Shown: positions 32,901-43,088 of the stretch, one piece after another
How positions within the stretch are numbered: position 1 is the stretch's first letter
Layout of the letters: each line of letters starts with the position of its first letter
Assembly: GCA_965219575.1 (NCBI GenBank)
Contig: OZ244779.1
Location: 1,932,769-1,996,768 of the forward strand
Length of the DNA stretch: 64,000 nucleotides
Source of the DNA: Candidatus Oxydemutatoraceae bacterium
Lineage (GTDB): Bacteria > Pseudomonadota > Gammaproteobacteria > Poriferisulfidales > Oxydemutatoraceae
Direction of reading: 5' to 3'
Made by a program: the position numbers and the translations under genes
Notes under the pieces: model-generated
Told to the model about the DNA's origin: nothing
Database searches by the model: none
What the model saw: the letters and a program-made list of their open reading frames with translations, nothing else

Positions 32901-35900
32901 TTATTGAAGAAGACCTTCTAAAAATACTTTGACATGTATCCTAATCGCTATATGGACACGCACCGAAACGGCCCCACTATCGCTTAACTTGCCGCTGTCG
33001 GTTGCGGTAAATGTAATCACCGCTTCTCCGCTTCGCTTGGCAGTTAGCATAAAGGTGATACTCGTATCGGTCGTTATATCGTCGGTTTCTGCAGATGTCG
33101 TCACCGATACAATCGTCTGACTCGACGACATCGCCTCCAATGTGACGATATCATCCAAATTGAAATTATCATCCATTACCGAGACAACGATATGCGCCGT
33201 ACTATTGACCGGTAGCGTTTGACCCAATGACGGTGTAATCATAATCGTCGGTGTAGTATTCGCTTCTACTTGTACTTCAAACTGTTCCGAAGCCGCAGAG
33301 TTTGTCGCACCTCTGCCGTCATTTACCGTCACCGTAATCATCGCCCTACCTGCGCCGACACCCCTAACTTCAAGCGTGCGGGTAGCACCATCGGTCGCAA
33401 TAATCGTTGTGGTTGCAATCATGCTATCGCTGGTATCAATTCTTACACTAAGACTATCGTCCACATCGGCATCGTTTATCGTTATATTCCGCGTAGTCTC
33501 TGTTCCTTCCAACAACCTGATGGGTTCTGTAGGGACACCGCTAAGCGTCGGTGTCGTGTTGACATCCATGGGAACATTGCTAATCATCAGTATCGCGTTG
33601 ACACGCACCGGTAGCTCTACACTATCGCTTAACTCTCCGCTGTCGGTTGCGGTGAATGTAATCGTCGCTTCTCCGCTTTGCTTGGCGGTTAGCGTGAAGG
33701 TGATACTCGTATCGGTGGTTATATTGTCGGTTTCCATTGATGTTGTCACCGATACGATCGTTCGGCTCGATGACTTCGCCATCAATGTGACACTATGACC
33801 TACATTAAAATTATCGTCCGCCACCGAGACAACGATATGAGCCGTACTATTGACCGGTAGCGTTTGAGGCAGTGACGGTGCAATCATAATCGTCGGGGCA
33901 GTATTCGTTTCCACTTGAAAGCTAATCATATAAATAGTGGTTTCGGTATCGGCTTCGGTGACCGTGATGACTAATGCAGTGTTTACATCTATAGGAATAA
34001 GCTCGCTTCGCCCATCGCTACTTTTTTCGTCAAAATAGTTGTTATCTTCACCTTGTCTAACTACTCTAATCGTCGCATCGGTATTATAGGCTTTCAATCG
34101 AAGGGTAATGTCGCTCGTCCTAGTAGCAAGAAAACTTATAACATAATGGGTGGTCGTAGCCCCGAAAATTGATGTCAATCTTGCACCGGATGTTAACACT
34201 TCTAAATCTCTTAAACCTACGCCTTGACCCGACAGCAGAATATCGCTATCTGCGGATTTGAGGATCGGGTATTGGCTACTCGTGCCAAAATCCCATACTT
34301 CAGTACCCCAGCCACTATATATTCCGGTTGCCGTTGTGGGTTCTTGTAGTGCCAGCGTTGTTTTACCATCGCCACCATCACTCGTCGTTCTCTCACTAGT
34401 CTGCTCATCCCAATAGCTTTCCATGATAGTGCCACCTTGATTATCACCGACTAAACCGCCTACATCACTACCATCCTCTGAAACAGAACTCGTTGCATAG
34501 CTGTTCGTGATAGTGCCGTCCCGATTCTCACCGACTAAACCGCCTACATCACTACCATCCCCTGAAACAGAACCCGTCGCATAGCTGTTCGTGATAGTGC
34601 CATTTCGATTCTCACCGACTAAACCACCTACATTACTATTTCCCGAAACAGAACCCGCCACATAGCTATTCGTGATATTGGCAGCATTAGAACCGACTAA
34701 ACCGCCTACATTACTATTTCCTGAAACAGAACCCGCCACATAGCTATTCGTGATATTGGCAGCATTAGAACCGACCAAACCGCCTACACCAAAACTCCCG
34801 ATAATGTTCACATTCAGTAAACCAACATTAGTAATTTCAGCACCACCTCCCGTATAACCAAACAAACCTATTTCATTCGTACCATTTCTGCCGATTGTAA
34901 GATTAGAAATCATAAAATCATTGCCTTCAAACTTGCCGGTGAAAGCATTAAAGAAAGAATCCCCAACCGGCTGCCAACCCTCTCCCATAGTCCATGTAAT
35001 CTTGTGGGCTATTGAACTATAGCTATCGGTGTCGTTAAAGTTTAAATCTCTGGTCAATTCATAACCTTCGCATATGTTATTAGGGCAACCTATCACAATC
35101 TTGAGTGCCGTCTCGCTCTCTCTATAGCCCGTCCCGTCCGGTTGATAACGCATCGCATTCAGCTCCTCTAAATTATCAATCTCTATCAAACCGTCATCAT
35201 CCCTATCGACATCTCCGTTAAACTCATAATAATTGAGGTAAAGCGTATAGGTCTGAGTTGTTTGACCTCTGTTCTTAACTTCAATTGTGATTGTAGTTAT
35301 TCCGTTCGTGTTTAACGAGATCATACCGCTCTCATCACCACTGTTTATAGCCATACCTCTAGTTTCTTCATTTGCCGTGATATAAACCTCGGCGTCGGGA
35401 TTTACCGTTATCGGTCTAAACTGTATTGTGCTGGCACTACTAACCGCCGTCCCTCTGTAGCTCGGCACGACCACATCGAAATCAGGCGATAAATCGCCTT
35501 CCACTAATTGCAATTCACTCAAACCATATCTCAATGGAGGCGACAACAAACTACCACAGACAGGTAAATCTGTTGTGGTATCGCTCTCACTACGACATTC
35601 GCTACTATCGGTGTTAGGATTGTCGGTATATTTAAGGATTGGATATTGGCTACTCGTGCCAAAATCCCATACTTTATCACTCCAGTTTATATATATCCCG
35701 CCTGCCATTGTGGGTTCTTGTAGTGCTAGCGTTGTTCTACCCCTGCCATCATCACTCGTCGTTCTCCCGCTAGTCGACCTATCCCAATAGCTGTCCGTGA
35801 TAGTGCCACCCCGATTCTCACCGACTAAACCGCCGACATTACTATTTCCTGAAACAGAACCCGCCGCATAGCTGTTTGTGACAGTGCCACCCCGATTCTC

Positions 35901-38144
35901 ACCGACTAAACCGCCGACATCACTACCATCTCCCGAAGCAGAACCCGCCGCATAGCTGTTCGTAATAGTGCCTTCATTCTCACCGACTAAACCGCCTACC
36001 CAAAAATTTCCTGAAACAGAACCCACCGCATAGCTGCTCGCAATATCGGCATCATTAGAACCGACTAAACCGCCTACACTGCTACTCCCTGAAACAGAAC
36101 CCGCCGCATAGCTGTTCGTGATAGTGCCCTCATTCTCACCGACTAAACCGCCGACATCGGAATTTCCGATAATGTTTATATTTAGTAAACCAACATTAGT
36201 AATTTCAGCACCACTTCTCGTGAAACCAAACAAGCCTATCCGACTCGTGCCACTTCTGTCAATCCTAAGATTAGAAATCGTAAAACCGTTGCCTTCAAAC
36301 TTGCCGGTGAAAGCATTAGAAGAATCTCCAACCGGCTGCCAGCCTACTCCCGTAGTCCATATAATCCTGTTGGCTGTTGAACTATAGCTATCATCGTCGT
36401 TAAAGTCCAAATCTCTTGTCAATTCATAGCCTCTGCATCCGTCATTAGGACAACCTGTTGCAACATTAGGTGCCGTCGCACTCTCACTATAGCTCGTCCC
36501 GTCCGGTTGATAACGCATCGCATTCAACGCCTCTAAATTATCAATCTCTATCAAACCGTCATTATCCCTGTCGACATCTACGCTGAGCCCATGATAATTA
36601 AGATAGAGAGTATAAATAAAAGTCTGCGCTGTTTCACCACCATTCTCAACTTCAATTGTGATTGTAGTTATCCCGTCGGTGTTTAGCGAAATCATACCAC
36701 TCTCATCACCACTATTTATCGCCATACCCCTTGTCTGCTCGTTAGCCGTAATATAAACCTCGGCATCGGGATTTACCGTTATCGGTCTGAACTGTATTGT
36801 GTTTGCATTACTAACTACCGTCCCCCTGTAGCTCGGCACTACCACATTAAAATCAGGCGACAAGTCGCCTTCCACTAACTGCAATTTACTCAAACCATAT
36901 CTCAGTGCAGGCGACAATAAACTACCACAGACAGGTAAATGTGTTATCGGCTCTCCTTCGCGACGACAAGCACGATTATTCGTATCGGAACCACGCGCAT
37001 ATTTGAGCACCGGGTATTGTGTATCGGTACCGAAATTCCAATTCGCATTACTCCATCTGTAATAGGGCCTATCGGGGTGTGCACTTTGTGCGCTCCCTGC
37101 TATCAATTCCACCATGGTTTTACTCGTGCCACCGGCACTTACCGTTATTTCACTGGTATTTACATCCCAATAGCTGTCCGTGATAGTGCTATAGCGGCGA
37201 TTGATAAAACCGACTAAACCGCCTACATTACTACCACCTCTTGAAATAAAACCCGTCGCATAGCTGTTCGTGATAGTGCCGGGATTCCTACCAAATAAAC
37301 CACTATTACTGCCAACTAAACCGCCTACATCGCCACTCCCTGAAACAGAACCCGTCGCATAGCTGTTTGTGATAGTGCCACTGAAATTCCAACCGGCTAA
37401 ACCGCCTAAATCGCTATTTCCTGAAACAGAACCCGTCGCATAGCTGTTCATGATAATGCCGGAGTTATTCTCACCGACTAAACCGCCTAAATCGCTATTT
37501 CCTGAAACAGAACCCGTCGCATAGCTGTTCATGATAGTGCCGGAGTTATTCTCACCGACCAAAGCTCCTACATTACTGTTTCCTGAAACAGAACCCGTCG
37601 CATAGCTGTTCGTGATAGTGCCGGAGTTGTTCTCACCGACTAAAGCTCCTACAAAAGAACGCCCGATAATGTTCACATTTAATAAACCGGTATTAGTGAT
37701 TTCAGCATCACTTCCCGTGTAGCCAAACAAGCCTATCCGAGTCGCGTCACCTCTGTCAATCGTAAGATTAGAAATCGTAAAACCGTTGCCTTCAAACTTG
37801 CCGATGAAAGCATCGGAAGGAGCTCCTATCGGCTGCCACCCTGCTCCCGTAGTCCATATAATCTTGTTGGCTGTTGAACTATAACTGTCATCGTCGTTAA
37901 AGTCTAAGTCTTTCATCAATTCATAGCCTATGCATACGTTATTAGGACAACTCTCGGTGCTTCCCGTCGCCGCCTCGGCGGTTGCCTTATAACTCGTGCC
38001 GTCCGGTTGATGACGAATTGCATTTAAGGTTTCCAAATCGTTGATATCTATCAGCCCGTTGCCATCGGTGTCTACGGCAGTGTTAGTTTGAGCAGCTATA
38101 TTCGTGCTGAGTAGTACAGGTACGATAATCCAGAGGGTCCTCAT
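32901..38144 (-). CDS. Large secreted GLUG-repeat / cadherin-like / Ig-like protein (putative adhesin), 1747 aa
   Basis: Sec signal; 3 modules [DxDxDGLIEI - GCPxxxC - GLUG (VGGLVG/NSYATG) repeats - W(D/N)FGT..QYP - beta-sandwich]; Ig-like repeats; tail IRIHVKVFLEGLLQ. Confidence 0.9.
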   Translation of the reverse strand: MRTLWIIVPVLLSTNIAAQTNTAVDTDGNGLIDINDLETLNAIRHQPDGTSYKATAEAATGSTESCPNNVCIGYELMKDLDFNDDDSYSSTANKIIWTTGAGWQPIGAPSDAFIGKFEGNGFTISNLTIDRGDATRIGLFGYTGSDAEITNTGLLNVNIIGRSFVGALVGENNSGTITNSYATGSVSGNSNVGALVGENNSGTIMNSYATGSVSGNSDLGGLVGENNSGIIMNSYATGSVSGNSDLGGLAGWNFSGTITNSYATGSVSGSGDVGGLVGSNSGLFGRNPGTITNSYATGFISRGGSNVGGLVGFINRRYSTITDSYWDVNTSEITVSAGGTSKTMVELIAGSAQSAHPDRPYYRWSNANWNFGTDTQYPVLKYARGSDTNNRACRREGEPITHLPVCGSLLSPALRYGLSKLQLVEGDLSPDFNVVVPSYRGTVVSNANTIQFRPITVNPDAEVYITANEQTRGMAINSGDESGMISLNTDGITTITIEVENGGETAQTFIYTLYLNYHGLSVDVDRDNDGLIEIDNLEALNAMRYQPDGTSYSESATAPNVATGCPNDGCRGYELTRDLDFNDDDSYSSTANRIIWTTGVGWQPVGDSSNAFTGKFEGNGFTISNLRIDRSGTSRIGLFGFTRSGAEITNVGLLNINIIGNSDVGGLVGENEGTITNSYAAGSVSGSSSVGGLVGSNDADIASSYAVGSVSGNFWVGGLVGENEGTITNSYAAGSASGDGSDVGGLVGENRGGTVTNSYAAGSVSGNSNVGGLVGENRGGTITDSYWDRSTSGRTTSDDGRGRTTLALQEPTMAGGIYINWSDKVWDFGTSSQYPILKYTDNPNTDSSECRSESDTTTDLPVCGSLLSPPLRYGLSELQLVEGDLSPDFDVVVPSYRGTAVSSASTIQFRPITVNPDAEVYITANEETRGMAINSGDESGMISLNTNGITTITIEVKNRGQTTQTYTLYLNYYEFNGDVDRDDDGLIEIDNLEELNAMRYQPDGTGYRESETALKIVIGCPNNICEGYELTRDLNFNDTDSYSSIAHKITWTMGEGWQPVGDSFFNAFTGKFEGNDFMISNLTIGRNGTNEIGLFGYTGGGAEITNVGLLNVNIIGSFGVGGLVGSNAANITNSYVAGSVSGNSNVGGLVGSNAANITNSYVAGSVSGNSNVGGLVGENRNGTITNSYATGSVSGDGSDVGGLVGENRDGTITNSYATSSVSEDGSDVGGLVGDNQGGTIMESYWDEQTSERTTSDGGDGKTTLALQEPTTATGIYSGWGTEVWDFGTSSQYPILKSADSDILLSGQGVGLRDLEVLTSGARLTSIFGATTTHYVISFLATRTSDITLRLKAYNTDATIRVVRQGEDNNYFDEKSSDGRSELIPIDVNTALVITVTEADTETTIYMISFQVETNTAPTIMIAPSLPQTLPVNSTAHIVVSVADDNFNVGHSVTLMAKSSSRTIVSVTTSMETDNITTDTSITFTLTAKQSGEATITFTATDSGELSDSVELPVRVNAILMISNVPMDVNTTPTLSGVPTEPIRLLEGTETTRNITINDADVDDSLSVRIDTSDSMIATTTIIATDGATRTLEVRGVGAGRAMITVTVNDGRGATNSAASEQFEVQVEANTTPTIMITPSLGQTLPVNSTAHIVVSVMDDNFNLDDIVTLEAMSSSQTIVSVTTSAETDDITTDTSITFMLTAKRSGEAVITFTATDSGKLSDSGAVSVRVHIAIRIHVKVFLEGLLQ

Positions 38145-38226
38145 TTGTTTAATAAATCATTACAATTTTCTTTATTTTTTGATAATAACAATATTTGCAA
38201 TAATTATCAACTTGTGAACACAAGAT

Positions 38227-38543
38227 GGGGCTGTTGAAAAATAGAACTGCCGATTGAGCCGGTAGGTCAATCGGCGTGACATTGTGCAAGACCCCAGCAA
38301 CCACCCCGTCAGGCTGCGCCTGCCACCCCTCCAAAGGAGGGGGAATGTACCACACTGTACCTCGTACAAATATGATGGGACTGTTGAAAAAGTATCGTCA
38401 GCGTACAACCGTAATCGCTTGCGCCGTGAATTTATAATAACCACCAAGCCGTAGGGGCAGAACAGAGCCGCCGATTAAGCCGGTAGGTCAATCGGCAATT
38501 ATGATGTCCGCCCCTACGGTTCATGGATATTTTTTCAACGGCC
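38227..38543. mobile_element. Cluster of three intergenic repeat elements, copy C
   Basis: 38227-38295 mini element with hairpin; 38301-38346 CCACCCCGTCAGGCTGCGCCTGCCACCCCTCCAAAGGAGGGGGAAT; 38377-38543 MITE with both ends and a REP containing a nested hairpin. Confidence 0.8.
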
Positions 38544-38551
38544 AAACATCA

Positions 38552-41500
38552 TTAGTTTTTATGCTCCGGCATGAAACCTTCCAAGAATACTCTGACATTT
38601 ATTCTGATAGACACCGGCATTCTACCTTGGTTGAGTATCACCGTACCGTCGCTATATTTAAGCGCAGGATACTGCTTGGTGGTGCCGAAATCCCATACTT
38701 CGTCACTCCAGCCTCTATATATGCCGGTCGCCCTTGTGAGTTCTTGTAGTGCCCGCGTTGTTTTACCCTCACCACCGGCACTTGCCTGTATTCCACTGGT
38801 ATTTACATCCCAATAGCTGTTCATGATATAACCATTATTAATACCGATTAAGCCGCCTACATTGTAATCCCCTGAAACAGAACCCATAGCATAGCTGTTC
38901 GTGATAATGCTGAATATATTAGTTCCGACCAAACCGCCTACATTTCTATCTCCCGAGACAGAGGCCACGGCATAGCTGTTGGTGATAGCACCATCCCGAT
39001 TAATGCCGACTAAACCACCTACATTGTAATCTCCCGAGACAGAACTTATAGAATAACTGTTAGTGATTGTACCTTCATTCCAACCGACTAAACCGCCTAC
39101 CCGAACAACTCCTGAAACAGAACCTGTCGCATAGCTTTGCGTGATAGTACCACCTCGATTAAGACCGACTAAACCGCCTACCTCAAGATCCCCGATAATG
39201 TCTACATTTAGTAGACCAACATTAGTAATTTTAGCCTCGCTGCCCGTGTAACCGAACAAGCCTATTTGACGCATAGTGCCTCTGGTAATCATAAGATTAG
39301 AAATCGTAAAACCGTTGCCTTCGAACACGCCCCTGAAGGCATTAGAGAAAGAGTCCCCAATCGGCTGCCAACCCGCCCCCTTAGTCCATGTAATCCTATT
39401 GGCTGTTGAACTATAGCTTTCATCGTCGTTAAAGTCTAAATCTCTCGTCAATTCATAGCCTCTGCATACGCTATTAGGACAACCTACCGAGACCTTAAGT
39501 GTCGTCTCACTCTCTCTATAACCCGTCCCGTCCGGTTGATAATGCATCGCATTCAGTCCTTCTAAATTATCAATCTCTATCAAACCGTCATCGTCCCTAT
39601 CAACATCTCCGTTAAACTCATAATAATCAATGGAGAGCGTATACATAAAAGTCTGCGTTGTTTCACCCCCATTCTCAACATCAATAGTGATTGTAGTTAT
39701 CCCGTCGGTGTTTAACGAAATAATACCACTCTCATCACCACTCTCTATCGCTACACCTCTTGTCTCCTCGTTAGCCATAATATAAACCTTGGCATCGGGA
39801 TTTACCGTTATCGGTCTGAACTGTATTGTGCTTGCACTACTAACGACCGTCCCTCTGTAGCTCGGCACGCCCACATCAAAATCAGGCGATAAATCGCCTT
39901 CCACTAGCTGCAATTCCTTCAAGCCATCTCCGGGTGACAACAAACTGCCACAGACAGGTATATTTGTTGTGGTATCGTCGATACTTGTCGTACGACATTC
40001 GCTACTATCCTCATTAGAATTATCCGTATATTTAAGGATTGGATATTGGCTATCAGTACCGAAATACCAATTCGTAGTACTCCATCGGTAATAGGATTTG
40101 TCGGGGTCTGTGTCTTGTGCGGTCTCTGCTTTCAATTCCACCGTGGTTTTACCCGTGCCACCGGCACTTGTCCGTATTCCGCTGGTATTTACATCCCAAT
40201 AGCTGTTCGTAATAGTGCTATCCCGATTAAAACCGACTAAACCACCTATATTACTACCGCCTTCCGAGACGAAACCCGTCGCATAACTATTCGTGATAGA
40301 TCCCCTATTATTAAAACCGACTAAACCGCCTATCCGAACAACTCCTGAAACAGAACCCGTCGCATAACTGTTCATGATCGTGCCCTCATTCCAACCGACT
40401 AAACCGCCTATCCGAACAACTCCTGAAGCAGAATCCGTTGCATAGCTGTTGGTGATAGAACCTCTATTATTAAAACCGACTAAACCGCCTACCTGAACAC
40501 CCCCTAAAACAGAACCTGTCGCATAGCTGTTCGTGATCGTACCTTCATTCCAACCAACTAAACCGCCTACATCAAAATCCCCGACAATGTCTACATTTAA
40601 CAAAACAACACCAGCGATTTGAGCACCACTACTCGTATGGCCAAACAGACCTACTTCACCCGTGCCACTCCTGTCAATCGTAAGATTAGAAATCGTAAAA
40701 CCATTGCCGCTAAACTGACTGCTGAAAGCATTAGAAGAGTCCCCAATCGGCTGCCAGCCTGCTCCCGTAGTCCATGTAATCCTGTTAGTTACAAGGTCAT
40801 AACTGTCAGGGTCGTTAAAATCTAAATCTTTGGTCAATTCATAGCCTCTGCATACATTGTTAGGACAACCTACTGAAATCTTAAGTGCCGTCTCGCTCTC
40901 TCTATAGCCCGTCCCGTCCGGCTGATAACGCACCGCATTCAATCCCTCTAAACTATCAACCTCTATCAAGCCGTCATCGTCCCTATCAACATCTCCGTTA
41001 AACTCATAATAATTAAGGTAGAGCGTATAAGTAATAGTCTGTGTTGTTTCGCCCCCATTCTCAACATCAATGATGATTGTGGTTATCCCGCCGGTGTTTA
41101 ACGAAATAATGCTACTTTCATCACCACTCTCTATCGCCATACCTCTCTCCCCGTTAGCCGTAATATAAACCTTGGCATCAGGATTTACCGTTATCGGTCT
41201 GAACTGTATTGTGCTGCTGATACTATTAACTGCCATCCCTTTGTAGTTCGGCACTACCACATCAAAATCAGGCGACAAGTCACCTTCCACTAATTGCAAT
41301 TCACTCAAACCATATCTCAGTGTAGGTGACAACAAACTACCACAGACGGGTAAATCCGTTGTGGTATCATCTGAACCACGGCACTCACTATCAACTGTTT
41401 CAGGATTATCGGTATACTTAAGGATCGGGTATTGGCTGCCGGTGCCGAAGTACCAATTCGTAGCACTCCATTGGTAATAGGGTTTGTCAGGGTCCGTGTG

Positions 41501-42529
41501 TTGTGCGCTCTCTGCTTTCAATTCCAGCGTGGTTTTACCCCTGCCATCGGCACCTCCTACTATTCCACTGGTATTTATATCCCAATAGCTATTTGTGACG
41601 ATGCCATTGCGATTATCACCGACCAAACCACCTACATTTCTATCTCCCGAGACAGCACCCGTCGCATAGCTGTTCGTGATCGTACTTCTATTACGACCGA
41701 CCAAACCGCCCACATGTCTATCTCCCGAAACAGCACCCGTCGCATAGCTGTTCGTGATGATGCCATTTAAATTATAACCGACTAAACCGCCTGTCCAGAC
41801 AACTCCTGAAACAGAACCCGCCGCATAGCTGTTCGTGATAGTACCTACATTACGACCGACTAAACCGCCTACATTCCTATTTGCTGAAACAGAACCCGCC
41901 GCATAGCTATTCGTGATGATGCCATTCAAATTATAACCGACTAAACCGCCTACATATCTATCTCCCGAAACAGAACCCGTCGCATAACTGTTCGTGATAG
42001 TACCCCTATTGTTAAAACCGACTAAACCGCCTACTTCAAAATCCCCGATAATATCTACACCTAGTAGATCAACATTGGTAATTTTAGCCTCACTGCCCGT
42101 GTAGCCGAACAAGCCTATTCCAGACATGCCACCTCTGGCAATCGTAAGATTATAAATCGTAAAGCCGTTGCCCTTAAACTCGCCCCTGAAAGCATTAGCG
42201 AAAGAGTCCCCAATCGGCTGCCAACCCGCTCCCGTAGTCCATATAATCTTGTTGGTTGTTGAACTATAGCTGTCATCGTCGTTAAAGTCTAAATCTCTGG
42301 TCAATTCATAGCCCATACATCTGTTGTCGGGACAACCCGCAGTGCTTCCCGTCGTCACCTCGGCAGTTGCCTTATAACTCGTGCCGTCCATTTGATAACG
42401 AATTGCATTTAAGGTTTCCAAATCGTTGATTTCTATCAGCCCGTTGCCATCGGTGTCTACAACGTTGTTGGTTTGAGCGACTATATTCGTACTGAATAGT
42501 ATAAATAGGATAATCGAGAGGGATTTCAT
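38552..42529 (-). CDS. Large secreted GLUG-repeat / cadherin-like protein (putative adhesin), 1325 aa
   Basis: Tandem paralog of 32901-38144; Sec signal; 3 GLUG modules and 2 cadherin-like domains; tail IRINVRVFLEGFMPEHKN. Confidence 0.9.
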   Translation of the reverse strand: MKSLSIILFILFSTNIVAQTNNVVDTDGNGLIEINDLETLNAIRYQMDGTSYKATAEVTTGSTAGCPDNRCMGYELTRDLDFNDDDSYSSTTNKIIWTTGAGWQPIGDSFANAFRGEFKGNGFTIYNLTIARGGMSGIGLFGYTGSEAKITNVDLLGVDIIGDFEVGGLVGFNNRGTITNSYATGSVSGDRYVGGLVGYNLNGIITNSYAAGSVSANRNVGGLVGRNVGTITNSYAAGSVSGVVWTGGLVGYNLNGIITNSYATGAVSGDRHVGGLVGRNRSTITNSYATGAVSGDRNVGGLVGDNRNGIVTNSYWDINTSGIVGGADGRGKTTLELKAESAQHTDPDKPYYQWSATNWYFGTGSQYPILKYTDNPETVDSECRGSDDTTTDLPVCGSLLSPTLRYGLSELQLVEGDLSPDFDVVVPNYKGMAVNSISSTIQFRPITVNPDAKVYITANGERGMAIESGDESSIISLNTGGITTIIIDVENGGETTQTITYTLYLNYYEFNGDVDRDDDGLIEVDSLEGLNAVRYQPDGTGYRESETALKISVGCPNNVCRGYELTKDLDFNDPDSYDLVTNRITWTTGAGWQPIGDSSNAFSSQFSGNGFTISNLTIDRSGTGEVGLFGHTSSGAQIAGVVLLNVDIVGDFDVGGLVGWNEGTITNSYATGSVLGGVQVGGLVGFNNRGSITNSYATDSASGVVRIGGLVGWNEGTIMNSYATGSVSGVVRIGGLVGFNNRGSITNSYATGFVSEGGSNIGGLVGFNRDSTITNSYWDVNTSGIRTSAGGTGKTTVELKAETAQDTDPDKSYYRWSTTNWYFGTDSQYPILKYTDNSNEDSSECRTTSIDDTTTNIPVCGSLLSPGDGLKELQLVEGDLSPDFDVGVPSYRGTVVSSASTIQFRPITVNPDAKVYIMANEETRGVAIESGDESGIISLNTDGITTITIDVENGGETTQTFMYTLSIDYYEFNGDVDRDDDGLIEIDNLEGLNAMHYQPDGTGYRESETTLKVSVGCPNSVCRGYELTRDLDFNDDESYSSTANRITWTKGAGWQPIGDSFSNAFRGVFEGNGFTISNLMITRGTMRQIGLFGYTGSEAKITNVGLLNVDIIGDLEVGGLVGLNRGGTITQSYATGSVSGVVRVGGLVGWNEGTITNSYSISSVSGDYNVGGLVGINRDGAITNSYAVASVSGDRNVGGLVGTNIFSIITNSYAMGSVSGDYNVGGLIGINNGYIMNSYWDVNTSGIQASAGGEGKTTRALQELTRATGIYRGWSDEVWDFGTTKQYPALKYSDGTVILNQGRMPVSIRINVRVFLEGFMPEHKN

Positions 42530-42613
42530 TTGTTTAATAAATCATTATAATTTACTTAATTTTTGCGTATGATAATAGTATTTGCAATAATAATTTACCT
42601 GTAAGGAAAAATT

Positions 42614-42755
42614 TATAATGCCGGGCTTTGAAAAGCCGTTTTATTCTTGGAAGCTACACCGAAATCTGATGCAGCGAAAACGAAAACCTGAAGAAACAGC
42701 TAGCCTCTCTAGGTTTTAGTTTGCCTCAATTAGGAGGGTTTGTATCCGCATTATA
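42614..42755 (-). ncRNA. Candidate structured RNA / leader upstream of the GLUG gene pair
   Basis: Closing stem TATAATGC/GCATTATA enclosing four hairpins; G-U pairing favours the minus strand. Confidence 0.3.
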
Positions 42756-42877
42756 TACCACTATAGAACCTTTTTGTTAATTTTTTTTACAAAGCTCGAG
42801 TCTAATATCAATATGCCTTAATAGGTGATTTTTGGGAATGATTGCCTGATAATCTATTTAGACAAAAAGTTCAGGCT

Positions 42878-43010
42878 AAAACTGACATTTCAGGTGATCC
42901 TAAAAATGGGGTAACGTCAGACTGTTGAAAAGAAAATCGCCGATTAAACTAGTAGGTCAGTTGGCGTAACTTTGGGCAAGACCACGATGCAAACTACGAA
43001 CCGTAGGGGA
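42878..43010. mobile_element. IS3-like terminal repeat fused to a degenerate MITE/hairpin element
   Basis: ...GGTGATCCTAAAAATGGGGTAACGTCA (to 42919), then GACTGTTGAAAAG, hairpin 42939-42965 and GAACCGTAGGGG. Confidence 0.6.
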
Positions 43011-43088
43011 ATACCACTTACACATACGGATTTTAGCAATTCCGCATATAATAGGCTTATAGCCGAAGTTTCCCCCGAATTGAGTAGT

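Noticed and set aside
38149-38447. Short ORFs (68 and 91 aa) between the two GLUG genes
   Set aside because: Translations of repeat cluster C; no coding signature
34400-42050. 78-84 bp GLUG tandem units as a CRISPR array or DGR template/variable repeats
   Set aside because: In-frame coding repeats; no cas or reverse transcriptase genes and no evident adenine-specific variation
42972-43088. N-terminal extension of the XerD ORF
   Set aside because: Begins within repeat-derived DNA; XerD homology starts near ATG 43089
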